Shown: positions 28,731-37,591 of the stretch, piece after piece
How the letters are laid out: every line of letters starts with the position of its first letter
How positions within the stretch are numbered: position 1 is the first letter of the stretch
Assembly (NCBI GenBank): GCA_964196275.1
Contig: CAXMSN010000114.1
Coordinates: 2,674 to 66,673 of the forward strand
From: an uncultured Kiloniellales bacterium
Lineage (GTDB): Bacteria > Actinomycetota > Acidimicrobiia > Spongiisociales > UBA5794
Reading direction: 5' to 3'
DNA: 64,000 bases
Notes under the pieces: generated by a model
What the model was told of the DNA's origin: nothing
What the model saw: only the letters and a program-made list of their open reading frames with translations
Database searches by the model: none
Program-made: the position numbers and the translations under genes

Positions 28731-29669
28731 CTAGCCGAACAGGCGGTGCCACCAGTCTGCGAAGGTCGACCTCGCGTCTGGGGCTGGCAACTCGGCAAGC
28801 ACAGCGGTGGCGTGGTCCGGCGGGAGATCACCGACGATCACGAAGTGGTTCTCCGTGTCCGTCCAATGGATGCTCACGTCATATGCCGTGGTCACCAGGT
28901 CATACACGCCCGTGTCTGTGATGAGTGGCGTCGGAGATTCGAATCCTGTGACCGACGAGATATCTCCGAGCACAAAGAGAGAGAACGAGAAGAGGCCGTC
29001 GCTGTAGAAGCCCTGCTCGGAGTCGCCAGGTGCCTCGGATACGTCAACGAGCCGATAGCCGAAAATCACGTCCGGCAGACCGTCGGACGCACTCGGCATG
29101 ACGATGTCGTACTCGGCACCGCCTGTGCTGGATGGGCCAGAGTACGTGCGGTACGCCAAGAAGTTCTGAAGGCTCGAACGCCTGAACACCCGTCCATCAT
29201 CGGTGAAGGACTCTGTTATGAGGGGAGCACCCGTCCGGACGTCGACAAGGAGCCTTGCCCGAACCGCGTCTCCCTCCATGACGTTGACGAGTTCGCATGT
29301 GCGGCCCATGTGCGTCACTTGAGTGATACCGCCGACGACGTAGCGATCCGTGCTGATCGGTTCCGAGTTCGATACGAACGCGACACCGTGGGGCGCGTCA
29401 TCCATGGTCATCGCTGTGCCGTTGCCGATCATCGACCATGTGGAGTCGACCTGCACGATCTCCATGCCCTGGCTGTGCTCAACGAACGATGAAGAGATCT
29501 GCGTCTGGCCGCCCCACACCGAGACGACGAGCCTGTTCGCCGAATACGTCGATTGACTCGAACGCTCGAGATAGTCAGTGAGTTCGTCGGCAGACGCACC
29601 GGCTGCGGCAAGCGTCAGTGTGACTGCAGCAACGGAACCGATAACGGCGAGCCTGCGCAGTGTGGTCAT
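28731..29669 (-). CDS. secreted MucB/RseB-family protein (sigma-E regulatory protein B-like)
   Basis: Signal peptide. FYSDGLFSFSLFV and HFVIVGDLPPDHATAVLAELP closely resemble the E. coli RseB C-terminal motifs YSDGLFSFSVNV and IVGELPPQTA (recalled from memory). ATGA overlap with the anti-sigma gene. Confidence 0.7.
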   Translation of the reverse strand: MTTLRRLAVIGSVAAVTLTLAAAGASADELTDYLERSSQSTYSANRLVVSVWGGQTQISSSFVEHSQGMEIVQVDSTWSMIGNGTAMTMDDAPHGVAFVSNSEPISTDRYVVGGITQVTHMGRTCELVNVMEGDAVRARLLVDVRTGAPLITESFTDDGRVFRRSSLQNFLAYRTYSGPSSTGGAEYDIVMPSASDGLPDVIFGYRLVDVSEAPGDSEQGFYSDGLFSFSLFVLGDISSVTGFESPTPLITDTGVYDLVTTAYDVSIHWTDTENHFVIVGDLPPDHATAVLAELPAPDARSTFADWWHRLFG

Positions 29670-30268
29670 GGGGAGCTCACCTGAAGGCCGGTAGGCGGAG
29701 TTGACAGCGAAGCTCGAGCCGTATGGCGTGATTCAAGATCAACGATCGACACGGACTGACCACCGTCACCCGAGTCGAAGGGTGCCGCTGCAAAGGCGAG
29801 GGAGACTGCTGCCACACCTGCCGCAACTGCGACGGCGGTCCTGGCACCCAACCGGCGCTTCTTCGCCTCGCGCCTCGGTTCAAGGAACGCGGGTGGCTCG
29901 ACACCTGGAAGGGCACGGACGGCGGTCCTTGACCGGTCCAGCTCGCCGAGTTCTCTGCGGCACTCCGAGCACGAATCGATGTGAGATGCCACTGCGGGCA
30001 TCTCGGCTGTGACCAATTCCCCATCTAGGTACGCCGACAGCTGCTCACTGAGATGCCCCCCGGGGAGCAGGTGCAGGGGAACGTTCAGCGTCGGAAGTGT
30101 CCGCACGGCTTTGCGAGATTCCTTGAGCCTGCGGAACTCTGCGATGGCGTCGAGATCGGTTTCAAGCGCATCTACGACCTCCCTCAGTTCATCTTTCGTC
30201 AGTTCGCCATCGAGGTAGCACGACAGCAACATGGAAAGATGGGGAGAGACAGCGTTCACACTGGCCAT
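29666..30268 (-). CDS. membrane-anchored zinc-finger (HxxxCxxC) anti-sigma factor with duplicated N-terminal anti-sigma segment
   Basis: LSAYLDGEL...HIDSCSECRREL ZAS motif, preceded by a degenerate copy LSCYLDGELTKDEL. One TM helix (TAVAVAAGVAAVSLAFAAA). Overlaps the sigma gene stop by 13 nt. Confidence 0.75.
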   Translation of the reverse strand: MASVNAVSPHLSMLLSCYLDGELTKDELREVVDALETDLDAIAEFRRLKESRKAVRTLPTLNVPLHLLPGGHLSEQLSAYLDGELVTAEMPAVASHIDSCSECRRELGELDRSRTAVRALPGVEPPAFLEPRREAKKRRLGARTAVAVAAGVAAVSLAFAAAPFDSGDGGQSVSIVDLESRHTARASLSTPPTGLQVSSP

Positions 30269-30774
30269 GTGAGCAGTCCTCTCAACATCGTGCGCCCTCG
30301 GTGGATGCGGGAACGCACCGTTCCCACGGGTACGTCGACGGCGTCGGCGATCTCTTCATACGTGAGGCCGACGACGTCGCACAGCACGACCGCCTCCCTG
30401 AAGTCATACGGCAACTTGAGCAGCGCACTCTGCACATCGTCGGACAGACGGACCGATGCCAGCACCTCATCGGGCGATGGGCTTGCGCCGAGGGCTGAGT
30501 TGTCGCCCTCGGGAAGGGGTGACGTTGGCCTGCGCTTCTTCTTACGGACGCCGTCGAGGAACGCGTTCCTCGTGATCCGCCATAGCCATCCGTCAAAGGA
30601 CCCTGGCGTATACGAAGAAAGCCCCTTCCGGACGCGCAAGAGCACCTCCTGAACGAGATCTGCAGCATCGTCCGGATTGCCGGTCAGACGGTACGCAAAC
30701 GTGTAGATCTTTCGACCGTAACGCTGAGCGACGTCTTCCCAGGTCAGATTGGTGTTATCCGCCATGGTCCCCAT
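30256..30774 (-). CDS. sigE: ECF RNA polymerase sigma factor (SigE-like)
   Basis: Region 2 (DAADLVQEVLLRV...WLWRITRNAFLD) and region 4 (GLTYEEIADAVDVPVGTVRSRIHRGR). The start could be 30774 or 30765. Confidence 0.9.
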   Translation of the reverse strand: MGTMADNTNLTWEDVAQRYGRKIYTFAYRLTGNPDDAADLVQEVLLRVRKGLSSYTPGSFDGWLWRITRNAFLDGVRKKKRRPTSPLPEGDNSALGASPSPDEVLASVRLSDDVQSALLKLPYDFREAVVLCDVVGLTYEEIADAVDVPVGTVRSRIHRGRTMLRGLLTWPV

Positions 30775-30786
30775 GTTCGGTTTAAC

Positions 30787-30812
30787 AACGTCGAAGGGTT
30801 CTGCGGAGTTCC
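30787..30812 (-). promoter_or_regulatory. candidate ECF (SigE-type) autoregulated promoter GGAAC-N17-CGTT
   Basis: Minus strand reads GGAACtccgcagaacccttcgaCGTTgttaaaccgaacATG. It sits in the 48-nt gap between tatA and the sigma gene. Confidence 0.5.
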
Positions 30813-30822
30813 GGACTTCTGC

Positions 30823-31014
30823 CTAGCTGACGGAGTCTTCTTCCGTCTCTTCGGACTCGTCAACACCATCTTCGACGCCCTTGCGGAACTCCTTGGCAGA
30901 AGCACCGAGCGATCGAGCGAGTTGGGGCAACTTGGCAGCACCGAACAACAACAACACAACGACGAGAATGATCAGAAGCTCTGGGCCCCTGAGACCGCCA
31001 ATAAATGCGAACAC
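30823..31014 (-). CDS. tatA: twin-arginine translocase subunit TatA/E
   Basis: 63 aa. GPELLIILVVVLLLFGAAKLPQLARSLGASAKEFRKG is the canonical TatA motif. Confidence 0.9.
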   Translation of the reverse strand: MFAFIGGLRGPELLIILVVVLLLFGAAKLPQLARSLGASAKEFRKGVEDGVDESEETEEDSVS

Positions 31015-31062
31015 GGTGCCTCCTTTCGGTACTGAGTGTACCGAAAGATACGGACAGAGCGA

Positions 31063-32007
31063 CTACCCGAGGCCGAAGGAGTCCACAAACGCTTGGAGTC
31101 GTTCCCGCGTCACGAAAACGACGGAATCGCTTCGCTTCTCTCTGTCATACATCGAATACGGGCTGAACTTGTCGGTGACGAGCATCACCTTGTCCACGTT
31201 CGGACTGGCCGCAAGGACTGCCAACTCAGCGAGCACTCTGTCATCGACTTCGGGGTACTCGCCTTCGACATGCGACAGAACGACGATCTGTAAACGCTGG
31301 CCCGCTCGGGTCACAGAGAAGACTTCAGCGTCCGGGGCGCTGGCAAGGCTCGCCTGAGGCACAGCATCGTTGATGACGTACCCGCCGATGCGTAGGAGTC
31401 CATGGCACAACTCGCTGTGGGACATGGTCGACGTGTCAACGCCGGCAGCTCTCAACCTCGCCTCGCATGGCCCCGTGAGCTCAAGGAAACTGCTGACCGA
31501 CTCGAGCGTTCCGGTCGACGCTTGAGGGGTCGAAACGGACTCGTCTGCCACGACGGTCGCAAGCACTGCGAGTGGATCGTGCTCGACGGCATGGAGTTCA
31601 GGCATGTCGGCTGGGGAAGGGAGCGTCCCAACCTCTGGAAACTCGACGGCGGCAATCTGTTCAGGAGAGCCGTTGCGCATCGCGGACACGGTGATGCGGG
31701 CAACACCGTCGAGCGGGAGGCCATCCTCAACCAGTTCACGGATGTGCTCAATGCCAGCGGCAGACAGCAGATCGATGAGGTGCTGGCCAGCGTCCGATTC
31801 ACCAAGCGGGACGTTGAACACCATGGATGCGGTGTCGCCCTTGACATGGAATTGGGTGACCTCCGGCCGTGGCGAGAAACCGGGAGAAGGCTTGGCATCA
31901 CTGTCCTGGTCGCCCGCCCCAGAACCGGAAGCACCGACCGCCTTGATCGCGTATATGGCCCCGCCAAGGATGACAGCGGCGATAAGAATGAAGACGACGA
32001 TCAGCAA
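31063..32007 (-). CDS. membrane-anchored hypothetical protein
   Basis: 314 aa with coding-like composition and a single N-terminal TM helix. I recognise no motif. The C-terminal alpha/beta-looking region (QIVVLSHVEGEYPEVDD...KVMLVTDK) is only vaguely nuclease-fold-like. Confidence 0.5.
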   Translation of the reverse strand: MLIVVFILIAAVILGGAIYAIKAVGASGSGAGDQDSDAKPSPGFSPRPEVTQFHVKGDTASMVFNVPLGESDAGQHLIDLLSAAGIEHIRELVEDGLPLDGVARITVSAMRNGSPEQIAAVEFPEVGTLPSPADMPELHAVEHDPLAVLATVVADESVSTPQASTGTLESVSSFLELTGPCEARLRAAGVDTSTMSHSELCHGLLRIGGYVINDAVPQASLASAPDAEVFSVTRAGQRLQIVVLSHVEGEYPEVDDRVLAELAVLAASPNVDKVMLVTDKFSPYSMYDREKRSDSVVFVTRERLQAFVDSFGLG

Positions 32008-32172
32008 TGCCAGCTCCTTTTGTGACTACCTGAATTGTATCAAGCATGCGAGGTCTGACCGTTCGAAGCCCGTCGATTGAACCCGTCTATCGAGCTGAAG
32101 ACCACAGGTCACAATTCAGGCAGAGATCAGAAGTCAGATCGAGAAGCCGCGGATGACGGGCAATCGTCTTCT

Positions 32173-32200
32173 GGTCCGTGCTCCGTCGTCCGTGGTCCGC
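32173..32200. repeat. degenerate heptamer array (GGTCCGT-like x4)
   Basis: ggtccgt gctccgt cgtccgt ggtccgc, immediately downstream of the whiB stop. A second weak array, gatcaga agtcaga tcgagaa, lies at 32125-32146. Confidence 0.7.
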
Positions 32201-32203
32201 TGC

Positions 32204-32497
32204 TCAGCCGGCCTGTCTACGCTGAACGGCGATCTGGCGCTCCTTGCGGATCTTGCGCCGTTCGCGTTCTGACATGGCTCCCCAGATGCCGAACTTCTCT
32301 GACGAGACAATTGCAAACTCGAGACATTCGGCCTGCACCGAGCACTCTCGACAGATTCCCTTGGCCGTGCGTGTCGAAGCTCCGCGCTCCGGGAAGAACA
32401 GGTCTGGGTCGGCACCACGGCAATTCGCAAAGTCCTGCCACGACATATCGACGCCATCTGTCTTGAGCGCCTCGATTAGATCTCCGAACAACACCAT
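32204..32497 (-). CDS. whiB: WhiB-family Fe-S transcriptional regulator
   Basis: Four Cys in C..(n)..CxxCxxxxxC context (ANCRG...ICRECSVQAEC) plus GIWGA and a basic tail. The start could be Met 32446. Confidence 0.9.
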   Translation of the reverse strand: MVLFGDLIEALKTDGVDMSWQDFANCRGADPDLFFPERGASTRTAKGICRECSVQAECLEFAIVSSEKFGIWGAMSERERRKIRKERQIAVQRRQAG

Positions 32498-32656
32498 CTC
32501 CTACACGTGTGTAATTACAACAATGTGATTCAAACAAGGGCGCGAGCGTGTGTCAACCCCGAATGCAAGAAATCTTTGCAAAAGATTCGACGCTGGTTTC
32601 GCCGAAGCGCGCGAACACAGCGATAATCTGGACTAGTTCGACCAAGGAAGGGCGAA

Positions 32657-33397
32657 GTGACGATCAAGCAGCGGACCCCCGTCCACGACAGGCATGGGTG
32701 GCGACAGTGGCTCGGAGGATTCTTCTCCTCCTCTGTCGGACTCAAGTGGATCATGGCCATCACGGGTATCGGCCTCCTCGTCTATATCGCAGCGCACCTC
32801 TTCGGAAACCTCAAGATCTTCACGGGAACCGACGACGCTGGTGCGTACTACATCGACCTGTACTCGGAGGCGCTCTGGCACCTGGGAGGCCACCTAGTTC
32901 CTGAAGGGCTCATCGTTACGGTCCTTCGCATCGGCCTGTTCTTCGTGTTCGCCCTTCACATATACGCTGCGCTTGAGTTGACGCTGAGGAACCGGGCAGC
33001 CGTCGGACCCCAACGCTATGAAGCACGCCAGGACTTCGCCGCGGCGAGCTATGCGAGTCGGACGATGCGCTTCGGCGGCGTGATCGTCCTGCTCTTCCTG
33101 TTGTATCACTTGGCCGATCTGACGTTCGGGATCGTGAACCCCGACTTCCACCACGGGAGCGTCTACGAGAACATGATCGCCAGCTTGTCGCAATGGCCTG
33201 TTGCCCTGCTGTACATCGTGGCGAATATCGCCCTCGTGTTCCACATCTATCACGGCACATGGAGTCTCTTCCAGAGCCTTGGAACGGCTAACCCCAAATA
33301 CAACGACCTCAGACGGGCGTTCGCGGCAGTCTTTTCTGCCGTAATCCTTTTTGGCAATCTGTCGATCGTCATCGCCATCTACGCTGGATGGGTGTGA
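32657..33397 (+). CDS. sdhC: succinate dehydrogenase cytochrome b subunit (single 5-TM b558-type anchor)
   Basis: GTG start after AAGGAAGG. Polytopic 246 aa with conserved His residues. Lies immediately upstream of sdhA and sdhB, and no sdhD is present. Confidence 0.8.
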   Translation: MTIKQRTPVHDRHGWRQWLGGFFSSSVGLKWIMAITGIGLLVYIAAHLFGNLKIFTGTDDAGAYYIDLYSEALWHLGGHLVPEGLIVTVLRIGLFFVFALHIYAALELTLRNRAAVGPQRYEARQDFAAASYASRTMRFGGVIVLLFLLYHLADLTFGIVNPDFHHGSVYENMIASLSQWPVALLYIVANIALVFHIYHGTWSLFQSLGTANPKYNDLRRAFAAVFSAVILFGNLSIVIAIYAGWV

Positions 33398-33405
33398 TCG
33401 GAATT

Positions 33406-35355
33406 ATGGACATGGAACCCACGAAATCCCCCACCCCGCCAACGCTTGATTCACGGATCCCGACCGGTCCCATCGAGGACCGCTGGGACAACCATCGCTT
33501 CGACGTCAAACTCGTGAACCCGGCCAACAAGCGCAAGTACGACATCATCGTGATCGGCACGGGGCTGGCAGGCGCATCAGCAGCGGCCTCGTTCGGTGAG
33601 CTTGGCTACAACGTGAAGGTGTTCACCTACCACGACTCGGCCAGGCGGGCACACTCGATCGCAGCGCAGGGCGGAATCAACGCAGCCAAGAACTATCCCA
33701 ACGACGGCGACTCCATCTATCGCTTGTTCTATGACACGGTCAAGGGCGGCGATTACCGGTCCCGAGAGTCGAACGTCTACCGCTTGGCACAGGTATCGAA
33801 CGAGATCATCGATCAAGCAACAGCCCAAGGTGTCCCGTTCGCCCGTGAGTACGGAGGACTCCTCGACAACCGGTCGTTCGGCGGAGCCCAGGTATCCCGC
33901 ACGTTCTACGCAAGGGGACAGACCGGCCAGCAGCTCTTGCTCGGCGCGTATCAGGCAATGGCGCGACAGATCGACGCAGGCTCGGTCGAACTCCACGTCC
34001 GCTCAGAGATGCTCGAAGTCGTGAAGAAGGATGGAAGAGCGGCAGGCGTCGTCGTCCGTGATCTCACGACCGGAGAGATCACATCCCACAGTGCGCATGC
34101 GGTGGTCCTGGCAACCGGCGGTTACTCGAACGTCTTCTTCCTCTCGACGAACGCTATGGCCTGCAATGCGACGGCTGCCTGGCGGGCACATCGCGAAGGG
34201 GCCTACTTCGCAAACCCCTGTTACACGCAGATCCATCCCACGTGCATCCCGGCGTCTGACGAACATCAGTCGAAACTGACCCTCATGTCCGAGTCCCTAC
34301 GCAACGACGGTCGGATCTGGGTACCGGTCAATCCTGACGACTCCAGGGCACCGAACGACATTCCCGAAGATGAGCGCGACTACTACCTCGAGAGGCAGTA
34401 CCCGGCGTTCGGGAACCTCGTCCCACGTGACGTGGCATCTCGGGCAGCGATGCGCATCATCGACGCAAATGGTGGCATTGGACCGATGAAGAACGGCGTT
34501 TACCTGGACTTCAAGGACGCGATCGACCGCCTCGGGAAGCACCGCATCGAGGAACGGTACGGGAACCTGTTCGAGATGTACGAACGGATCACGGACGAGA
34601 ACCCCTACGAGGTTCCCATGCGGATCTACCCGGCGCCTCATTACACGATGGGTGGCCTGTGGGTCGACTATGACCTCATGACATCGGTCCCGGGCCTCTA
34701 CGCCATAGGTGAGGCGAACTTCTCGGACCACGGTGCGAACAGGCTCGGCGCCTCTGCCCTGATGCAAGGGCTCGCTGACGGCTACTTCGTGCTCCCATAC
34801 ACGATCGGCCACTACCTGTCCGACTATCTCAACGTGGAGCCTGTCCCAACGGATGATGACGTCTTTGCGAGTGCAGAACAAGCAGTTCAGGACCGTACTG
34901 ATCGGTTCCTCGCCATCGGAGGAACACGCTCGGTCGACCACTTCCACAGGGAACTTGGCAAGATCATGATCGAACACTGTGGCCTCGCTCGTTCGAAGGA
35001 GGGCCTCGAGAAGGCGATATCCGAAATCCAGACCGTCAAGGCCGAGTTCTGGTCCGATCTGAAAGTCCTCGGAACGGACGATTCGCTTAATCAGTCCCTT
35101 GAGCGTGCCGGGCGGGTGGCTGACTTCTTCGAACTCGCGGAGCTGATGTGCAGGGATGCGATCGATCGCGAGGAGTCATGCGGCGGTCACTTCCGCATCG
35201 AGCACCAGACCGATGAAGGCGAGGCCAGGCGAAGCGACGACGACTTTGCGTACGTCAGTGCGTGGGAGTGGCACGACGAGTCAACACCTCAGACTCGTCA
35301 CAAGGAACCGCTCGACTTCGAGTATGTGGCCCTTTCGCAGAGGAGCTACAAGTAA
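33406..35355 (+). CDS. sdhA: succinate dehydrogenase/fumarate reductase flavoprotein subunit
   Basis: FAD motif [24 protein letters not shown] (covalent-FAD His), [10 protein letters not shown]. Confidence 0.95.
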   Translation: MDMEPTKSPTPPTLDSRIPTGPIEDRWDNHRFDVKLVNPANKRKYDIIVIGTGLAGASAAASFGELGYNVKVFTYHDSARRAHSIAAQGGINAAKNYPNDGDSIYRLFYDTVKGGDYRSRESNVYRLAQVSNEIIDQATAQGVPFAREYGGLLDNRSFGGAQVSRTFYARGQTGQQLLLGAYQAMARQIDAGSVELHVRSEMLEVVKKDGRAAGVVVRDLTTGEITSHSAHAVVLATGGYSNVFFLSTNAMACNATAAWRAHREGAYFANPCYTQIHPTCIPASDEHQSKLTLMSESLRNDGRIWVPVNPDDSRAPNDIPEDERDYYLERQYPAFGNLVPRDVASRAAMRIIDANGGIGPMKNGVYLDFKDAIDRLGKHRIEERYGNLFEMYERITDENPYEVPMRIYPAPHYTMGGLWVDYDLMTSVPGLYAIGEANFSDHGANRLGASALMQGLADGYFVLPYTIGHYLSDYLNVEPVPTDDDVFASAEQAVQDRTDRFLAIGGTRSVDHFHRELGKIMIEHCGLARSKEGLEKAISEIQTVKAEFWSDLKVLGTDDSLNQSLERAGRVADFFELAELMCRDAIDREESCGGHFRIEHQTDEGEARRSDDDFAYVSAWEWHDESTPQTRHKEPLDFEYVALSQRSYK

Positions 35356-36113
35356 TGGACCTCTCACTGAAGATCTGGCGGCAAGCCAGCCCCGATGCTG
35401 ACGGAGAGTTCAAGACATATGACGCCAAGGGCATAAGCCCGGAAGCTTCGTTCCTTGAGATGCTCGACGAAGTCAACGAACACCTGAACGAGAACGACGA
35501 GGAGCCGATCGCATTCGACCACGACTGCCGTGAAGGCATCTGCGGGATGTGTGGCGTCATGATCAACGGCGTGGCGCACGGGCCACAGTCAGGAACGGCG
35601 ACCTGTCAGCTCCACATGCGAAAGTTCGAAGACGGCGATTCCATCACGATCGAGCCTTGGAGAGCGAGCGCCATGCCCGTGATCCGAGACCTGATCGTCG
35701 ACCGCTCACCATTCGACAGGATCATCGAGGCCGGCGGATATATCTCTGTCAACACCGGAGCGGCCCCAGATGCGAACATCATCGCGGTACCAAAGGAGGC
35801 TGCCGAGATCTCGATGGATGCGGCAGCCTGCATCGGGTGTGCCGCATGCGTCGCCGCCTGTCCCAACAGCGCCGCGAACCTGTTCACTGCAGCGAAGATG
35901 CAGCAACTCAATTTGCTCCCCCAGGGCCAGCCCGAGCGTTATACACGCGCAGTAGCGATGGTCGAGACCATGGAGGAATACTTCGGGTCATGCACCAACC
36001 ACGGCGAGTGCGAGAAGGCGTGTCCGAAGAGCATCTCGATCGACTTCATCGCATGGATGAACCGCGACTACGTCAAAGCCCAGTTCAGGAACTTCGCCAA
36101 GACAGGGCAGTAG
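35355..36113 (+). CDS. sdhB: succinate dehydrogenase iron-sulfur subunit
   Basis: ATG overlaps the sdhA TAA by 1 nt. Cys clusters [32 protein letters not shown]. Confidence 0.9.
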   Translation: MDLSLKIWRQASPDADGEFKTYDAKGISPEASFLEMLDEVNEHLNENDEEPIAFDHDCREGICGMCGVMINGVAHGPQSGTATCQLHMRKFEDGDSITIEPWRASAMPVIRDLIVDRSPFDRIIEAGGYISVNTGAAPDANIIAVPKEAAEISMDAAACIGCAACVAACPNSAANLFTAAKMQQLNLLPQGQPERYTRAVAMVETMEEYFGSCTNHGECEKACPKSISIDFIAWMNRDYVKAQFRNFAKTGQ

Positions 36114-36138
36114 AGAGTCGCTCACTGGCGTTCGCTCC

Positions 36139-36152
36139 GGACCACGGACCAC
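36139..36152. repeat. heptamer array GGACCAC x2
   Basis: ggaccacggaccac, 26 nt after the sdhB stop. Confidence 0.6.
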
Positions 36153-36247
36153 ATTGACGCGATCGTCTGGATTCCGACACACGCTTGAGAAATTGGAATT
36201 CCTTGGTGCGTTCGTCGCGTTGACCATGTACCAACCAAGGAACATCC

Positions 36248-37003
36248 GTGACCACACAGACGAAACGACGGGTTCGGGTAGAGCCGACCCAGAAGCGCAT
36301 CCGGACCCAGATCGGTGGCGTTGTCATCGCTGACTCGACCGATGTGCTGATGGTGTGGGAAGTGCCGTACTTCCCGACCTACTACTTCCCAAGTTCCGAC
36401 GTCAGGCTTGACTTGCTCTCCGACTCGGGTAGAACCAAGAGGTCACCGAGTCGCGGAAGCGCGGCGCTTCATGACGTCACCGTTGGTGATCGAACCGTCC
36501 CTCAGGCAGCACGAGTGTGGACCGAGTCGAAGGTCGAAGAGGTCGAAGGCTATGTGTCCTTCCATTGGGGTTCGATGGATGCGTGGTTCGAAGAAGGCGC
36601 CGAGGTGTACGTCCACGCCCGCGACCCGTACACGCGTATCGACGTTCTCCAGAGTTCGCGCAACATCAGGGTTGAGATAGACGGTGTCACGATCGCTGAC
36701 ACCAACCAACCGAGAATCCTCTTCGAGACCGGACTGCCGGCCAGGTACTACATCCCGAAGACAGATGTGCAGTTTGAGTACCTGACGCCGACTGATAACG
36801 AGACATCGTGCCCCTACAAAGGAACCGCTCGGTACTGGTCGATCAACGTCAACGGTGAAGCCCATGACGATCTCGTGTGGGGATATGACAGCCCGCTCCA
36901 GGAGTCGCAGGATGTTGCAGGGCTCGTTGCGTTCTACAACGAGAAGCTCGACATCTTCGTCGACGGCGAGCTACAGGACAGACCGAAGTCGATGTTCTCG
37001 TAG
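36248..37003 (+). CDS. tandem DUF427-domain protein
   Basis: Two DUF427-like halves: RVEP..KRIRT..GG..IADS...YYFP, and later RVEIDGVTIADT...RYYIP...CPYKGTARYWS. Confidence 0.7.
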   Translation: MTTQTKRRVRVEPTQKRIRTQIGGVVIADSTDVLMVWEVPYFPTYYFPSSDVRLDLLSDSGRTKRSPSRGSAALHDVTVGDRTVPQAARVWTESKVEEVEGYVSFHWGSMDAWFEEGAEVYVHARDPYTRIDVLQSSRNIRVEIDGVTIADTNQPRILFETGLPARYYIPKTDVQFEYLTPTDNETSCPYKGTARYWSINVNGEAHDDLVWGYDSPLQESQDVAGLVAFYNEKLDIFVDGELQDRPKSMFS

Positions 37004-37006
37004 CTC

Positions 37007-37090
37007 GGGCCACGGACCACGGACCAGAATGTCGCTTCTCGAAGATTGAACCCATCTTCCGATTTCCGATTTCGGACTTCGGACTTCCGA
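37007..37090. repeat. two heptamer arrays: GGACCAC-type x3 (37007-37027) and CTTCCGA/TTTCGGA-type x5 (37056-37090)
   Basis: gggccacggaccacggaccag ... cttccgatttccgatttcggacttcggacttccga, directly after the DUF427 gene stop. Confidence 0.85.
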
Positions 37091-37156
37091 CTCACCCTGA
37101 GCCTTGGTAGTTCGCGTCTCGGTACACTCCCAGCCACATAGTGAAAGGAACCTCCC

Positions 37157-37540
37157 GTGGTCACATTTCTCAGCGACGAACACTTCACCGCAGCCACCGA
37201 CGCTCTCAACGCCGATGGCGGCTTCCAGAGCTCGATAACAGGCGTCGCCCTGTCCGTTCAGTTCGATGTGTCAGGCACGCCGGAGGGTGACATCTCCTAC
37301 CACCTCAGCATCGCTGATGGCGCTGTTGACACCGCTATGGGTCCGATGGACGGCGCCGACGTCACCGTGGGAAGCGACTACGAAACGTCGAAGGACATCT
37401 CCAAAGGAGAGCTCAACGTCCAGATGGCCTTCATGTCAGGCAAGATCAAGGTCGGAGGCAACATGGCAAAGATCATGATGCACCAGGCCGTTCTGAACGA
37501 CTACGCCCGGGTTCTCTCCGGTCTCGACGTCGACTACTAA
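37157..37540 (+). CDS. SCP2 sterol-carrier-like domain protein
   Basis: 127 aa. C-terminal AFMSGKIKVGGNMAKIMM is typical of SCP2. Confidence 0.7.
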   Translation: MVTFLSDEHFTAATDALNADGGFQSSITGVALSVQFDVSGTPEGDISYHLSIADGAVDTAMGPMDGADVTVGSDYETSKDISKGELNVQMAFMSGKIKVGGNMAKIMMHQAVLNDYARVLSGLDVDY

Positions 37541-37564
37541 CCGAGCCGCTCGCTGCGGTCGCCT

Positions 37565-37590
37565 ACAGACCTCAGACCTCAGACCTCAGG
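37565..37590. repeat. heptamer array ACAGACC/TCAGACC x3.5
   Basis: acagacctcagacctcagacctcagg, fused to REP copy 6. Confidence 0.85.
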
Positions 37591-37591
37591 A

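Noticed and set aside
32498-32656. Imperfect palindromes (tgcaagaaatctttgcaaaagattc) in the AT-rich whiB/sdhC divergent region as an operator
   Set aside because: The dyads are imperfect by 1-2 positions and I cannot tie them to a known regulator motif. This is plausibly just promoter DNA.
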